Source of the DNA: Candidatus Kapaibacterium sp.
GTDB lineage: Bacteria > Bacteroidota > Ignavibacteria > Kapaibacteriales > UBA2268
Direction: 5' to 3'
DNA length: 64,000 nt
NCBI GenBank assembly: GCA_963665665.1
Contig: OY762428.1
Span: 4,320,001 to 4,384,000, forward strand
Made by a program: the position numbers and the translations under genes. Shown here one piece after another: positions 20,084-30,283 of the stretch. The notes beneath the pieces were generated by a model. It was not told the origin of the DNA. It was given only the letters and a program-made list of their open reading frames with translations, and ran no database searches. Position 1 is the stretch's first letter, and each line of letters opens with the position of its first letter.

Positions 20084-21190
20084 ATGACTAATATTGAAGA
20101 TGATTCAACAACCGGGATAAGGCAGTTAAAGAAACAATTAGCCTGGTATAAATCATTTTTTGAAAAAGCAACTGATGCAGTATTTATTGTTCAACCCGAA
20201 ACCTGGGGTGTGCTCGATGCCAATGAGTATGCTGCGGCACTTCTTGGAGCTTCACGCGAGAATCTGATAGGCTCTACACTTCCCCAATTCCGAAGAATAT
20301 TCAAGTTATTAAAGAAATCCAGTTCCCCGATAGTATTAAGTGAACTTTCTCTCGATACACCGGACAATCCGAATCTGATGGTTGAGGTTAGTGCCAGATT
20401 CCTTGACCACGAAGGCCAAAGGCTGATTCAGGCTATTGCACGTGATGTTAGTGAACAGCATGCCCTTACTGATAAGCTTGTACAAGCCGATAAATTAGTT
20501 CTTTTGGGCCAGCTTTCTGCAGGTGTTGCCCATGAGATAAAAAACCCTCTTGCAGCTGTTAATCTGAACCTGCAAATATTGAAAAGAAAAGCTAATGATG
20601 ATTCTCCAGAATATTCTTATATCAAAACTGCTCTTCAGGGAGTGGACAGGATTAGTAAAATTGTTGAAGTAACCCTGAACTTTTCAAGGCCTACAATGCC
20701 CGATGTGCAAAGTTTGAGCCTCAATGCACTGATTCCTCAGGTGCTTGACCTTGTGGCATCAGTAATAAAACGTAAAGATATTCAGGTTGATTTTAATCCT
20801 GACAAGGACCTGCCGGAAGTTTCTGCCGATGGAAAACAAATGCAGCAGGTTTTTATTAATCTTCTTACCAATGCTGCTGATTCTATTCAGAATAAGGGAA
20901 ATATTTCTATCAGAACATATAGGGAAAAGGCATCAAGGCTTGGAGACGGAGAATTTGCAGTTGTTTCGGTTATAGATAATGGAATTGGTATTTCTCCGGA
21001 AGATCTGCCGAAAATTTTTAACCCATTCTTTACGAGAAAAGCTGAGGGAACCGGCCTGGGGCTACCTATAACTCAAAGAATATTGCACCAGCACAATGGT
21101 ATTATAGATGTAGAAAGTATTGTAGGAAAAGGTACTACATTTTACGTTAAATTACCAATTATTGAAGACGATATTGAAATAAATGATTAA
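20084..21190 (+). CDS. Cytoplasmic PAS-domain histidine kinase (NtrB-like)
   Basis: PAS domain, H-box AHEIKNPL, N-box NLLTNA, DNGIG, FNPFFT, GTGLGL; no TM segments. Confidence 0.93.
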   Translation: MTNIEDDSTTGIRQLKKQLAWYKSFFEKATDAVFIVQPETWGVLDANEYAAALLGASRENLIGSTLPQFRRIFKLLKKSSSPIVLSELSLDTPDNPNLMVEVSARFLDHEGQRLIQAIARDVSEQHALTDKLVQADKLVLLGQLSAGVAHEIKNPLAAVNLNLQILKRKANDDSPEYSYIKTALQGVDRISKIVEVTLNFSRPTMPDVQSLSLNALIPQVLDLVASVIKRKDIQVDFNPDKDLPEVSADGKQMQQVFINLLTNAADSIQNKGNISIRTYREKASRLGDGEFAVVSVIDNGIGISPEDLPKIFNPFFTRKAEGTGLGLPITQRILHQHNGIIDVESIVGKGTTFYVKLPIIEDDIEIND

Positions 21191-21214
21191 ATAAATAATT
21201 TATAGCAGAGTTTT

Positions 21215-22639
21215 ATGGCTAAACAGCATTACACGATAGTTGTGATTGAGGATGACCCACTGGTGAATTCAACAGTAAGGGATATTTTATCAGAAAAATT
21301 CAACAGGGTAGAAACATTTACAGATTCGAGAAAAGCCCAGGAAGATCTCCATCTGATAGGGCCTGACTTGATTTTGCTTGATATTTTTCTTGGCCATGAT
21401 AACGGCCTGGATATTCTGGAACAGCTTCGTAAGCAGGGATATACTATGCCCGTGATTATGATGACAGCTTTTTCGGATATAAAAATGGCTGTTAGGGCAA
21501 TGAAACTTGGTGCCGAGGATTTTATTGTTAAGCCTCTTGACCTTGAACAGCTGGAAGTTGCCGTAGACAGAGCATTGCAGAATTATGACCTTCGGCGTCA
21601 GGTAGATCTGCTTTCCGAACAATTAAAGAAGGAACAGCCTGATGAAATTCTGGGTTCTTCCGATGGTATGATGAAGGCTATGGATATGGCAAAAATTATA
21701 TCCGGTGCCGAAGATACCACCGTACTTATCCTCGGTGAATCAGGAACAGGTAAGGAACTGATGGCAAGGTACATCCATACCAACTCGCCCAGGGAAAGAG
21801 GTCCGTTCGTAACAATTAACTGCGGTGCTATTCCCCGGGAATTAGCCGAAAACGAACTTTTCGGATATGAGAGGGGAGCATTTACAGGTGCAACCGAAAA
21901 AATCAAACAGGGGAAGTTTGAACAGGCACAGCATGGTACTATACTTTTTGATGAAATTGGTGAATTGAGTTTGGATTTACAAGTAAAATTATTGAGAGTA
22001 CTGCAGGAAAGAAAATTTTACAGGCTCGGCGGAGCTAAAGAAATATCGGTGGATGTCAGGGTTTTGGCTTCAACAAATAAAAGCCTTGAAAAACTTGTTG
22101 AAGAGGAAAAGTTCCGAGAGGATTTATTCTACAGGCTGAATGTGGCAAGGATCGAGTTGCCGCCGCTTCGGGACCGTGGCGATGACGTATTGATGATAGC
22201 TACCTCGTTCCTTAATGAGTTCAATAAAAAATTTGGTAAGAATATTACAGGATTTTCGCCTGAAGCTGCTGATTTTATGGCTAATTATCCATGGAAGGGT
22301 AATATTCGGGAACTGAGAAACTGTATTGAACGCGTTGCACTGCTTGAAACAGGTGATCTGATAGTTAAGGATTCTCTTAGTTTCCTGAAATCTGCTTCAA
22401 TAGAAAGGACTTCTCCTGAACACGGAAGAATTGAATTAAGAGAGGGGCAACATTATTTGAAAGTGTCATCTACCGGTGCTCCAATGGGTGATGTTCTGAA
22501 AGACCTGATTATTCAGGTGTTGAAAATTACAGGCGGAAACCAGATAAAAGCCGCGAAACTTCTCGGAATTTCAAGAGCTAAGCTAAGGTATAGAATAGAG
22601 CAGCTTGGAATTAATATTTCAGGGAAAAATATATCCTAA
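21215..22639 (+). CDS. Sigma-54-dependent response regulator (NtrC family)
   Basis: REC domain, GESGTGKE, GAFTGA, DLFYRLNV, Fis-type HTH. Confidence 0.95.
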   Translation: MAKQHYTIVVIEDDPLVNSTVRDILSEKFNRVETFTDSRKAQEDLHLIGPDLILLDIFLGHDNGLDILEQLRKQGYTMPVIMMTAFSDIKMAVRAMKLGAEDFIVKPLDLEQLEVAVDRALQNYDLRRQVDLLSEQLKKEQPDEILGSSDGMMKAMDMAKIISGAEDTTVLILGESGTGKELMARYIHTNSPRERGPFVTINCGAIPRELAENELFGYERGAFTGATEKIKQGKFEQAQHGTILFDEIGELSLDLQVKLLRVLQERKFYRLGGAKEISVDVRVLASTNKSLEKLVEEEKFREDLFYRLNVARIELPPLRDRGDDVLMIATSFLNEFNKKFGKNITGFSPEAADFMANYPWKGNIRELRNCIERVALLETGDLIVKDSLSFLKSASIERTSPEHGRIELREGQHYLKVSSTGAPMGDVLKDLIIQVLKITGGNQIKAAKLLGISRAKLRYRIEQLGINISGKNIS

Positions 22640-22818
22640 AACTGATTCTTATCAGGATTTTTCGGTTATTTTATATTTTTTTGTAATTATTAAATAAATT
22701 TATTTGTCTTATTAATTGTTTTTTTATATCTTTACCATACTTGTTATCAATTTCACAGTTGCTGTTATTGATATTCCCGAGAACTGAGTATTTCACTGAA
22801 TAAAATACGGGGAAGAAA

Positions 22819-24108
22819 ATGGATTCAACACAGGCAATAATCGAGCTCACGGAAAATGTTGACCCGGAAGTCAGAAAACTGGCTGCAGAATATTTAATCA
22901 CTACTGATGATAGAAATATACATATTATAGATGCCCTGGCAAAAGGACTCAGCGATAGTGAAAGCGGAGTTAAAGATATTTGTTTCAGGGGATTGGCATC
23001 AATGGGCGGTGACTATGCCCTGGAAACTGCAAAGGTGGTATCGAAGATAATAATTAATGATAATATCGAGCTGAGAAATCTAGCGGGAGATATTCTGCTA
23101 AAACTCGGCCATGATTCTGCTGTTGCCCTTCTTCCTTATCTGAATGATTCTGATCAGGATGTTAGGAAATATGCTTGTGATATTATCGGCCTTGTTGGTG
23201 ATGAAACAATGATTGAAAGCATTATCCTGCTTGATAAAGATGAGGATCCTAATGTTGTCGCATCTGTTTTTGAAGCTCTTGGCAATATTGGTTCCGAATC
23301 ATCAATAGACTATTTAAAAGCTCAGCTTGACCTGAACGAAGACCTCCAACCACTAATTTTAGAAGCTATCGGAAAAATCGGAGGCCAGGATGCACAAAGA
23401 TTTCTGCTTGACAAGTTGAAAGATACTTCGGATATATTCCTGCAATCTGCTTGTATTGATGCTTTGGCATTCAGTGCCGAGGATTCGGGTATTTGCGATC
23501 TGCTGATGGATGAACTACCTAATGCTCCGGAAAATATGAAAGTTATTTTGCTGAAAACTATTATTGCCATAGCATTCAGGCAGGAAAGGCAAATAGTTCT
23601 TCCGAAGAATTTAAGATATATAGCACGAGAAGCTCTGATTGATGACGACGACGATATCAGGATGGCAGGCCTGTTTTCTTTGGGAAATGATTATTTTGCC
23701 GAAGATATTCCGGGGCTGGCTTTCGAAATGAAGCAAAATAACCCTGATACAAGGCAGATGATTTTATATAACATTCTGATGAGCGGGAATCACGAACTCA
23801 TTTCTGAATTTTTCTCTGAAATAATAACTCCCATGGATGTTGATAATCACAATGTAGATGTTTTATCTGATATGATCATTCTTTCTGAAGAGATGCAACC
23901 TGAAAGCATAGAGTCATCTTTGATGTCTGTTTCGAAAGTATTGTTGCTAAATCCAAGAGGGCATCTTGAAGAAATCTTTGAATTAATGCTAAGAATTAAC
24001 TATAATATGACGATAAAAATTCTAAAAGAGATCTTTGATAAAGGGAATAATGATATTAAGATCGAGATAAATCAACTATTAAATGCTTTGGGAATAGATG
24101 ATTTTTAA
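22819..24108 (+). CDS. HEAT-repeat protein (chemosensory-cluster associated)
   Basis: Repeated D.D.DVR..A...LG units; directly upstream of cheR. Confidence 0.85.
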   Translation: MDSTQAIIELTENVDPEVRKLAAEYLITTDDRNIHIIDALAKGLSDSESGVKDICFRGLASMGGDYALETAKVVSKIIINDNIELRNLAGDILLKLGHDSAVALLPYLNDSDQDVRKYACDIIGLVGDETMIESIILLDKDEDPNVVASVFEALGNIGSESSIDYLKAQLDLNEDLQPLILEAIGKIGGQDAQRFLLDKLKDTSDIFLQSACIDALAFSAEDSGICDLLMDELPNAPENMKVILLKTIIAIAFRQERQIVLPKNLRYIAREALIDDDDDIRMAGLFSLGNDYFAEDIPGLAFEMKQNNPDTRQMILYNILMSGNHELISEFFSEIITPMDVDNHNVDVLSDMIILSEEMQPESIESSLMSVSKVLLLNPRGHLEEIFELMLRINYNMTIKILKEIFDKGNNDIKIEINQLLNALGIDDF

Positions 24109-24224
24109 CAATTTTGGGCTATTTTGCTGCCTGAAATTATTATTTTTGATTTGAACGGTAAAAATTAATATTTTTGCCTGAGTATTAAGCGGAATCTGAT
24201 ATACTTATATGAAAGCGCTTTTAT

Positions 24225-25136
24225 ATGGCTTCTGATTTATTTAAATTCAAATTCAACAGGCCACAGGGCGGAGCCGCCGGAATGAACCGCTCCAAACCGA
24301 CTGATGCCGTAATGGGAGACGCATCATTCGAAAGATTGAGAAAGTTGATATACGATAAGAGCGGTATATATTACAATGAAAGTAAAAAATATCTTCTGGA
24401 GGGAAGGGTAGCGAAAAGACTCAGTTCCCTGAATATTAATGATTTTGATGAGTATATCGATCTTATCAGCGCTGTTACCGGAAAGAATGAATTAGTTGAG
24501 TTGTTCAAAGTTATTACTATAAATGAAACATATTTTTTCAGGGCTCCCCAACAATTTGAAGCTTTTGAAAATATTATTGTTCCTGAAATAATCAAAAACA
24601 AGTCTACCGGTTTCAGGCCTGTTTTCAGAATTTGGAGTGCCGCTTCTTCTACAGGGGAGGAAGCTTATACATTAGCCATATTGATTAATGAAAAATTTAA
24701 GCCAATGTATCCCAACGTACAGTTCCAGGTTCTCGCAAGCGATATTAGCGAAAATGTACTTCAGCAGGCCAGGAAAGGTATCTATAAGGAATATTCGATC
24801 AGAAATATTCCACAGCCCTATTTAAAAAAGTATTTTCGCCAAAACGGTTCTTCATACATTATCAGCGATGAAATAAAGAAAATGGTAAAATTCATGAACA
24901 TAAATCTTTATGATTCCTCTATGATGAATACTGTTGCCGGTTGCGATGTTATATTTTGCTGCAATGTACTTATATATTTTGATATTCCTTCCAAGCAGGT
25001 TGTTGTGTCCAATCTGTATAACTCACTGAACAAAGGGGGGTATCTTTTAATCGGTTATTCCGAATCATTGCACGGTGTAAGCAAAGCCTTTCGCCTTGTT
25101 CACTTGCCAAAAGCCATGGTTTACAAAAAGGATTAA
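24225..25136 (+). CDS. cheR: Chemotaxis methyltransferase CheR
   Basis: TINETYFFR, IWSAASSTGEEAYT, DVIFCCNVLIYFD, GYSES. Confidence 0.95.
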   Translation: MASDLFKFKFNRPQGGAAGMNRSKPTDAVMGDASFERLRKLIYDKSGIYYNESKKYLLEGRVAKRLSSLNINDFDEYIDLISAVTGKNELVELFKVITINETYFFRAPQQFEAFENIIVPEIIKNKSTGFRPVFRIWSAASSTGEEAYTLAILINEKFKPMYPNVQFQVLASDISENVLQQARKGIYKEYSIRNIPQPYLKKYFRQNGSSYIISDEIKKMVKFMNINLYDSSMMNTVAGCDVIFCCNVLIYFDIPSKQVVVSNLYNSLNKGGYLLIGYSESLHGVSKAFRLVHLPKAMVYKKD

Positions 25137-25157
25137 AAAAAACGGAAGAAATTAATC

Positions 25158-25526
25158 ATGCAAAAAACAATATTAGTAGCAGAAGATTCAGCATCAGTAA
25201 GGAAATTTATCAATCTATCACTGAAGCTCCAGGGGTATAAAATTATTACAGCAGTTGACGGTATGGATGCCCTTGAAAAGTTACCCGGACTGAATATTGA
25301 CCTTTTGATTACGGATTTGAATATGCCCAATATTGACGGGCTTAAACTTATTCGAACTGTCAGAGAGAATCCGGAATATAAGAATCTTCCGATTATCATT
25401 CTGTCTTCACTTTCAAAGGATGAGGATATTCAGAAAGGCCTTGAAGCCGGTGCTAATTCATACCTGATAAAACCCTTCAATAGTAAAAGGGTTCAGTATG
25501 AAGTTTCTAAATATTTGATCGATTAA
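25158..25526 (+). CDS. Single-domain response regulator (CheY-like)
   Basis: AEDS...TDLNMP...KPF, 122 aa. Confidence 0.9.
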   Translation: MQKTILVAEDSASVRKFINLSLKLQGYKIITAVDGMDALEKLPGLNIDLLITDLNMPNIDGLKLIRTVRENPEYKNLPIIILSSLSKDEDIQKGLEAGANSYLIKPFNSKRVQYEVSKYLID

Positions 25527-25557
25527 AATTTATTTATAAAATAAAAGGATAGTAATA

Positions 25558-25932
25558 ATGAAATTCTTAGTTGTGGATGACTCGCCAACCATGAGAAGAA
25601 TAGTTATCAATGCATTATCAAGTTTCGGCTTTAAAGAAGTTGTTGAGGCAGAAGACGGCAGGGAAGCATTGGATAAGCTTAAGTCTGAATCAGTTGATTT
25701 TGTGATTACTGACTGGAATATGCCCAACATGACAGGCCTGGAACTTACAAAAGCAATAAGGGCTGACGGCAGCCTTAGTCATTTGCCAATTTTAATGGTA
25801 ACTACCAGGGGGCTAAAGCAGGATATTGTCGAGGCTTTGAAAGCAAAAGCAAATAATTACGTTGTAAAGCCTTTTACACCGCAAGTATTAAAAGAAAAAA
25901 TTGCTGCTGTTTTAAAATCTATTCAAAAGTAA
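25558..25932 (+). CDS. cheY: Chemotaxis response regulator CheY
   Basis: VVDDSPTMRRI, TDWNMPNMTGLEL, PILMVT, YVVKPFT. Confidence 0.93.
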   Translation: MKFLVVDDSPTMRRIVINALSSFGFKEVVEAEDGREALDKLKSESVDFVITDWNMPNMTGLELTKAIRADGSLSHLPILMVTTRGLKQDIVEALKAKANNYVVKPFTPQVLKEKIAAVLKSIQK

Positions 25933-25951
25933 TACAAGGTAGGAATTGGCT

Positions 25952-27004
25952 ATGATACAAAAAGATTTACAGGTATTACTTAAAAAAGCAGAAGAGTTGA
26001 AAGCTCTGTTTGTTCTCGGACAGCGGGTTATTCCAATGCTGGAAGAGATATTTGTTTTTGTTTCTGAGATACAACCCCTGCTTGACGATATTAATTCTTC
26101 AATAGAAGAAAATTTGAAAAAAATGCCCAGCGCTTCAAAGCAGTTGTCTAAAGTTACAGAGGCTACCGAGAAATCAACTAATGAAATTATGGATATTGTA
26201 GACGGGCTTGTATATAAATCAGACCTTATTAAATCAAATCTTCAGAGCATCAGGGAAGATAATAAAAATAAAATTTCGGGTATGCGTGAAATCCTGGAAA
26301 TTATTCAGAAAGCTATTAATCAGAATAATGATCCTAAGGATGTATTGCCTGATATATCAAGGGCAATAGCAAAATTGAAGACCTCTGAAAAGGGTGAGGT
26401 AAACGTTATTGTTGATAACAGCGTGGAAATTCTTGATACTATACAGATGGATTCAAGCTCGATTATGATGTCTCTTCAGGTTCAGGATATTACTTCGCAG
26501 CAGATTGCTGCTGTAAATCATTTGCTTGAAACAGTTCAGGAAAAATTGAAAGGTATTTTGAGTAAATATCAAAGCTCCGAACTAAATGAAATCGTAACGG
26601 ATGACGGTATTGATGCCGAAAGAATGAATATTTCTAAATTACACAGGCAAATTGCTTTCGACCCCGATGCTGTTGAAGCTCTGGCAGAAAAAGACTTTCG
26701 CCAGCAGAATGTTGACGAAGTTGTTAAGCAACAGATGGAGAACCCCGATCTTGAAGATCCCGAAGAGTTTGAAAATAAGGACGAAAAAGAAGGGCCAAAA
26801 GCAGCTGAGCCGGACAATATATCGGAGAATCAAGATTCTGATATCGAATTAACAGAACCGGCATCACAGGAAGATATTGATTCATTGTTTGAACAAAATA
26901 ATACTGAAGAAAAAGAAAAATCAACCGAAGACAATAATGAAGATGTTGTTGATGATTTTGAACAGTTTTCTCAGGATGATATAGACGCGCTGTTCGGAAA
27001 TTGA
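25952..27004 (+). CDS. cheZ: CheZ-like phosphatase
   Basis: VTEATEKSTNEIMD helix, LQVQDITSQQI (QDxTxQ catalytic motif), C-terminal SQDDIDALFG. ATG 25952 follows AGGA. Confidence 0.8.
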   Translation: MIQKDLQVLLKKAEELKALFVLGQRVIPMLEEIFVFVSEIQPLLDDINSSIEENLKKMPSASKQLSKVTEATEKSTNEIMDIVDGLVYKSDLIKSNLQSIREDNKNKISGMREILEIIQKAINQNNDPKDVLPDISRAIAKLKTSEKGEVNVIVDNSVEILDTIQMDSSSIMMSLQVQDITSQQIAAVNHLLETVQEKLKGILSKYQSSELNEIVTDDGIDAERMNISKLHRQIAFDPDAVEALAEKDFRQQNVDEVVKQQMENPDLEDPEEFENKDEKEGPKAAEPDNISENQDSDIELTEPASQEDIDSLFEQNNTEEKEKSTEDNNEDVVDDFEQFSQDDIDALFGN

Positions 27005-27100
27005 TTAAAAAATAGATAAATCAGATTATTAATTGTTGCTGATTCTTATCCGTGACATTAGGGGTTATTGTTGAAACTCAAGAAAATATAAGGTGTTATT

Positions 27101-29089
27101 ATGGCTGCGGACTTGTTTTCTGATCCTGAAATGCAGGAAATTTTTGAAGGTTTTTTAGTTGAATCCCAGGAATTACTTGATGCTATTAGCCAGGACTTAA
27201 TGACCCTGGAAAATCAACCGGACGATTTGGACCTTTTGAACCAGATTTTCAGAAGTTTTCATACTATAAAGGGAACAAGTTCATTTATGGGATTTAATTC
27301 CATAGTAGGGATAACTCACCACGCCGAGGATTTATTGAATAAGCTCCGGAAAAGTGAGCTTGTCGTTAATCAGGATATTATCGATGTACTCCTTGATGTG
27401 CATGATATTATTGAAATACTTATAGAGAATATTCAGGAAGACAGCGACGAAGAAATCGATTATTCCGATACTGAAAAGCAACTTGAAATATTAAAGTCAG
27501 GCCGTACTCTTGATGAAACCAATGATCATGATATTGCCGAAACCGGCAGTAATGAAAATAAAGAATCAGAAACTTTTCCGGATGATGCTTCAGTTAGTGA
27601 ATCCGGTGAAAGTGCTTTGGACAAAGTACTTAATTATGCAGACAAATTTGCTCAGCCCGGAGATTTTTCTCCTGAAGAAGAATCAATGATATTAAGTGCT
27701 TTTGATGAAGTAAATAAAAACTTTGATGCAAAAGTCAGCTTAAGTGATTTCGAAAATCACCAATCAGAAAATGCGCATTCTGAAACGAAAGAAATCAATC
27801 AGAAAGTTCCTAATTCTAAGGAAGTTAATAAAACCAAACCTTCCATTTCGAAAGAAAAATCCAAAACACACAAACCCAAGGCATCATCTGAAACAATAAG
27901 GGTGGATTTGACGAGGGTTGAATCACTTATGGATTTATCCGGTGAACTGGTGCTTGGCAGGAACAGGCTGGCACAGATTGCAGACATTTTTGCATCCGAG
28001 TTTGAGAATAATGATTTTGTTCGCGACCTGCTTGAAACGACTGACAGTATTGATACAATAACAAGCGACATTCAGGCTGCTGTTATGCGAATTCGTATGG
28101 TACCGGTTGGTAAATTGTATCAAAAAGCTCCACGAATTGTCCGTGACCTTTCAAAGGAATTCAAAAAGAAGATCAAATTGGTGGTTAAAGGTGAGGAAAC
28201 TGAAATTGACAGGGGCATTATCGAAGAATTGAACGATCCGCTGGTTCACATGATAAGAAACTCATGCGACCATGGTATTGAAGGCCAGGATGAAAGGAAA
28301 GAATTAGATAAACCTGTTAATGGAACTATTACCCTGGACGCAGAGCAGGAAGGAAATAATATTGTCCTTAGGATATCCGATGACGGCCGTGGAATGGACC
28401 CGGAAAAATTGAAGGCCAAAGCCCTGGAAAAAGGGCTAATAAGCCAGGAGCAGGCTGCCCAGATGTCGGACAGAGAAGCCTTCCAGCTTATATTTATGCC
28501 GGGATTCAGTACTGCTGCCGTTGTATCAAGCGTATCCGGCAGGGGGGTAGGAATGGACGTTGTTCGAACGAATATTCAAAACCTGAAAGGTATGATTGAA
28601 ATTGAATCTGAACTTGGTAAAGGTTCTACTTTCGTAATCAAATTGCCTCTGACCCTTGCAATTATCCAGGGCCTCCTTGTAAAAATTCAGGAAGAGACTT
28701 ATGCAATTCCTCTAAGTTCTGTTGTAGAGGTTGTATCTATAAATAAAGAAGCTGTTTCATCAGTCAATCAGCAGGAAGTTATCAGGCTAAGAGATGATGT
28801 TTATCCGATTATCCGGCTTGATAAAGCACTTCATACCCCTGATTCGGTAGATGAATTAGACGGCAGGAATATTGTTGTTGTAGGCTATGGTATGTACCGT
28901 GTTGGTTTTGTGGTGGATACTTTGCTCGGGCAGCAGGAAATTGTAATAAAATCTTTGGGTGAATACCTTGGAAGCATGCCGGGTATAGCAGGATCAACAA
29001 TACTTGGAGACGGGCATGTTATTATGATTATTGATGTTTCCGAATTAATTGAAAATAATTTATCCAGTGCTAATATTTATAATATATAG
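27101..29089 (+). CDS. cheA: Chemotaxis histidine kinase CheA
   Basis: Hpt IFRSFHTIKG, dimerisation TIRVD, HMIRNSCDHGIE, SGRGVGMDVV, C-terminal CheW-like domain. Confidence 0.96.
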   Translation: MAADLFSDPEMQEIFEGFLVESQELLDAISQDLMTLENQPDDLDLLNQIFRSFHTIKGTSSFMGFNSIVGITHHAEDLLNKLRKSELVVNQDIIDVLLDVHDIIEILIENIQEDSDEEIDYSDTEKQLEILKSGRTLDETNDHDIAETGSNENKESETFPDDASVSESGESALDKVLNYADKFAQPGDFSPEEESMILSAFDEVNKNFDAKVSLSDFENHQSENAHSETKEINQKVPNSKEVNKTKPSISKEKSKTHKPKASSETIRVDLTRVESLMDLSGELVLGRNRLAQIADIFASEFENNDFVRDLLETTDSIDTITSDIQAAVMRIRMVPVGKLYQKAPRIVRDLSKEFKKKIKLVVKGEETEIDRGIIEELNDPLVHMIRNSCDHGIEGQDERKELDKPVNGTITLDAEQEGNNIVLRISDDGRGMDPEKLKAKALEKGLISQEQAAQMSDREAFQLIFMPGFSTAAVVSSVSGRGVGMDVVRTNIQNLKGMIEIESELGKGSTFVIKLPLTLAIIQGLLVKIQEETYAIPLSSVVEVVSINKEAVSSVNQQEVIRLRDDVYPIIRLDKALHTPDSVDELDGRNIVVVGYGMYRVGFVVDTLLGQQEIVIKSLGEYLGSMPGIAGSTILGDGHVIMIIDVSELIENNLSSANIYNI

Positions 29090-29101
29090 CTATTGAAGCC
29101 T

Positions 29102-30205
29102 ATGGGAAAGATCAAAGTATTAATTGTTGACGATTCTGTTTTTATGCGTTCCACCATCAAGAAAATTATTAGTTCTGATAGTGAAATTGAGGTTTTATAT
29201 ACAGCAAAAAACGGCAGGGAAGGAGTTGATAAAGTAATTGAACTTCAGCCTGATGTTGTGACAATGGATATTGAAATGCCTGTAATGACTGGGCTTGAGG
29301 CTCTTAAAGAAATAATGCAGAAAAATCCTTTGCCTGTTCTGATGGTGAGTACTCTAACAAGTGAAGGGGCAGATGCAACACTTGAAGCTTTGTCGTCAGG
29401 AGCCGTGGATTTTATCACCAAAAAGCCGGCTTTTCTTGATATGTATGCCCTTAAGGAAGAACTTATAAGCAAGATAAAAGCTGTTGCACAAAACCGCCTG
29501 CTAAGAAAAAGGCTTGCTCTGAAGAAATATTCTAAAGGAACTCTGAATAATGATTCTGCTGCTACAATTGCCGAAAGGCTTGCAGGAAAAGCACGTCAGA
29601 ATAAAGTTCAAAATTCAGTTACCGGCAGAAAACGCCCTGCTCCCGGAAGTATCAAAGCTATTGGTATCGGTGTATCGACAGGCGGGCCGGTAGTGCTGCT
29701 TGAGATTTTCAAATCGATAAGTGCTAAAATAAATGTTCCAATATTTATTTCTCAGCACATGCCTCCTTATTTTACTAAAACTTTGTCCAAAAGGCTTGAT
29801 GCAAATTCCCCACTTTACATAAAGGAAGCTGAGGATAATGAAATCACCAAACCGGGAGTTGTTTACCTTGCTCAGGGTGGCAAGCACCTGATTTTAGATA
29901 AATTTAAAAAGATCAGGGTAACAGAAGAACCTGCTGAAGAAAATTTTAAACCTTCGGTTAATGTAATGATGAATAGTCTGGTGGATATTTATGGGCCGAA
30001 TTTGCTGGGAATTATGCTGACAGGTATGGGCAACGACGGTATGGAGGGATTTATCAAGCTGAGCAAAGCTGGTGGCTATGCTATTGTACAGGATCCCGAA
30101 ACATGCGTTGTTTCCGGAATGGTTAGTTCAGTTATCAAATCAGGCGCTGCCGATGAAATAATTCCTATCGAGAATATTGCTGCTGAAATAGCCAAATTCT
30201 TCTGA
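29102..30205 (+). CDS. cheB: Chemotaxis methylesterase CheB (REC plus catalytic domain)
   Basis: REC domain, GVSTGGP, QHMP, LTGMGNDG (Ser-His-Asp present). Confidence 0.95.
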   Translation: MGKIKVLIVDDSVFMRSTIKKIISSDSEIEVLYTAKNGREGVDKVIELQPDVVTMDIEMPVMTGLEALKEIMQKNPLPVLMVSTLTSEGADATLEALSSGAVDFITKKPAFLDMYALKEELISKIKAVAQNRLLRKRLALKKYSKGTLNNDSAATIAERLAGKARQNKVQNSVTGRKRPAPGSIKAIGIGVSTGGPVVLLEIFKSISAKINVPIFISQHMPPYFTKTLSKRLDANSPLYIKEAEDNEITKPGVVYLAQGGKHLILDKFKKIRVTEEPAEENFKPSVNVMMNSLVDIYGPNLLGIMLTGMGNDGMEGFIKLSKAGGYAIVQDPETCVVSGMVSSVIKSGAADEIIPIENIAAEIAKFF

Positions 30206-30283
30206 TCAAAATTAAAAAATTATATTGAAATTTTTCAATTATTGATTATCTTACATAAGTTATTCATTAATTGGAGATTAAAT

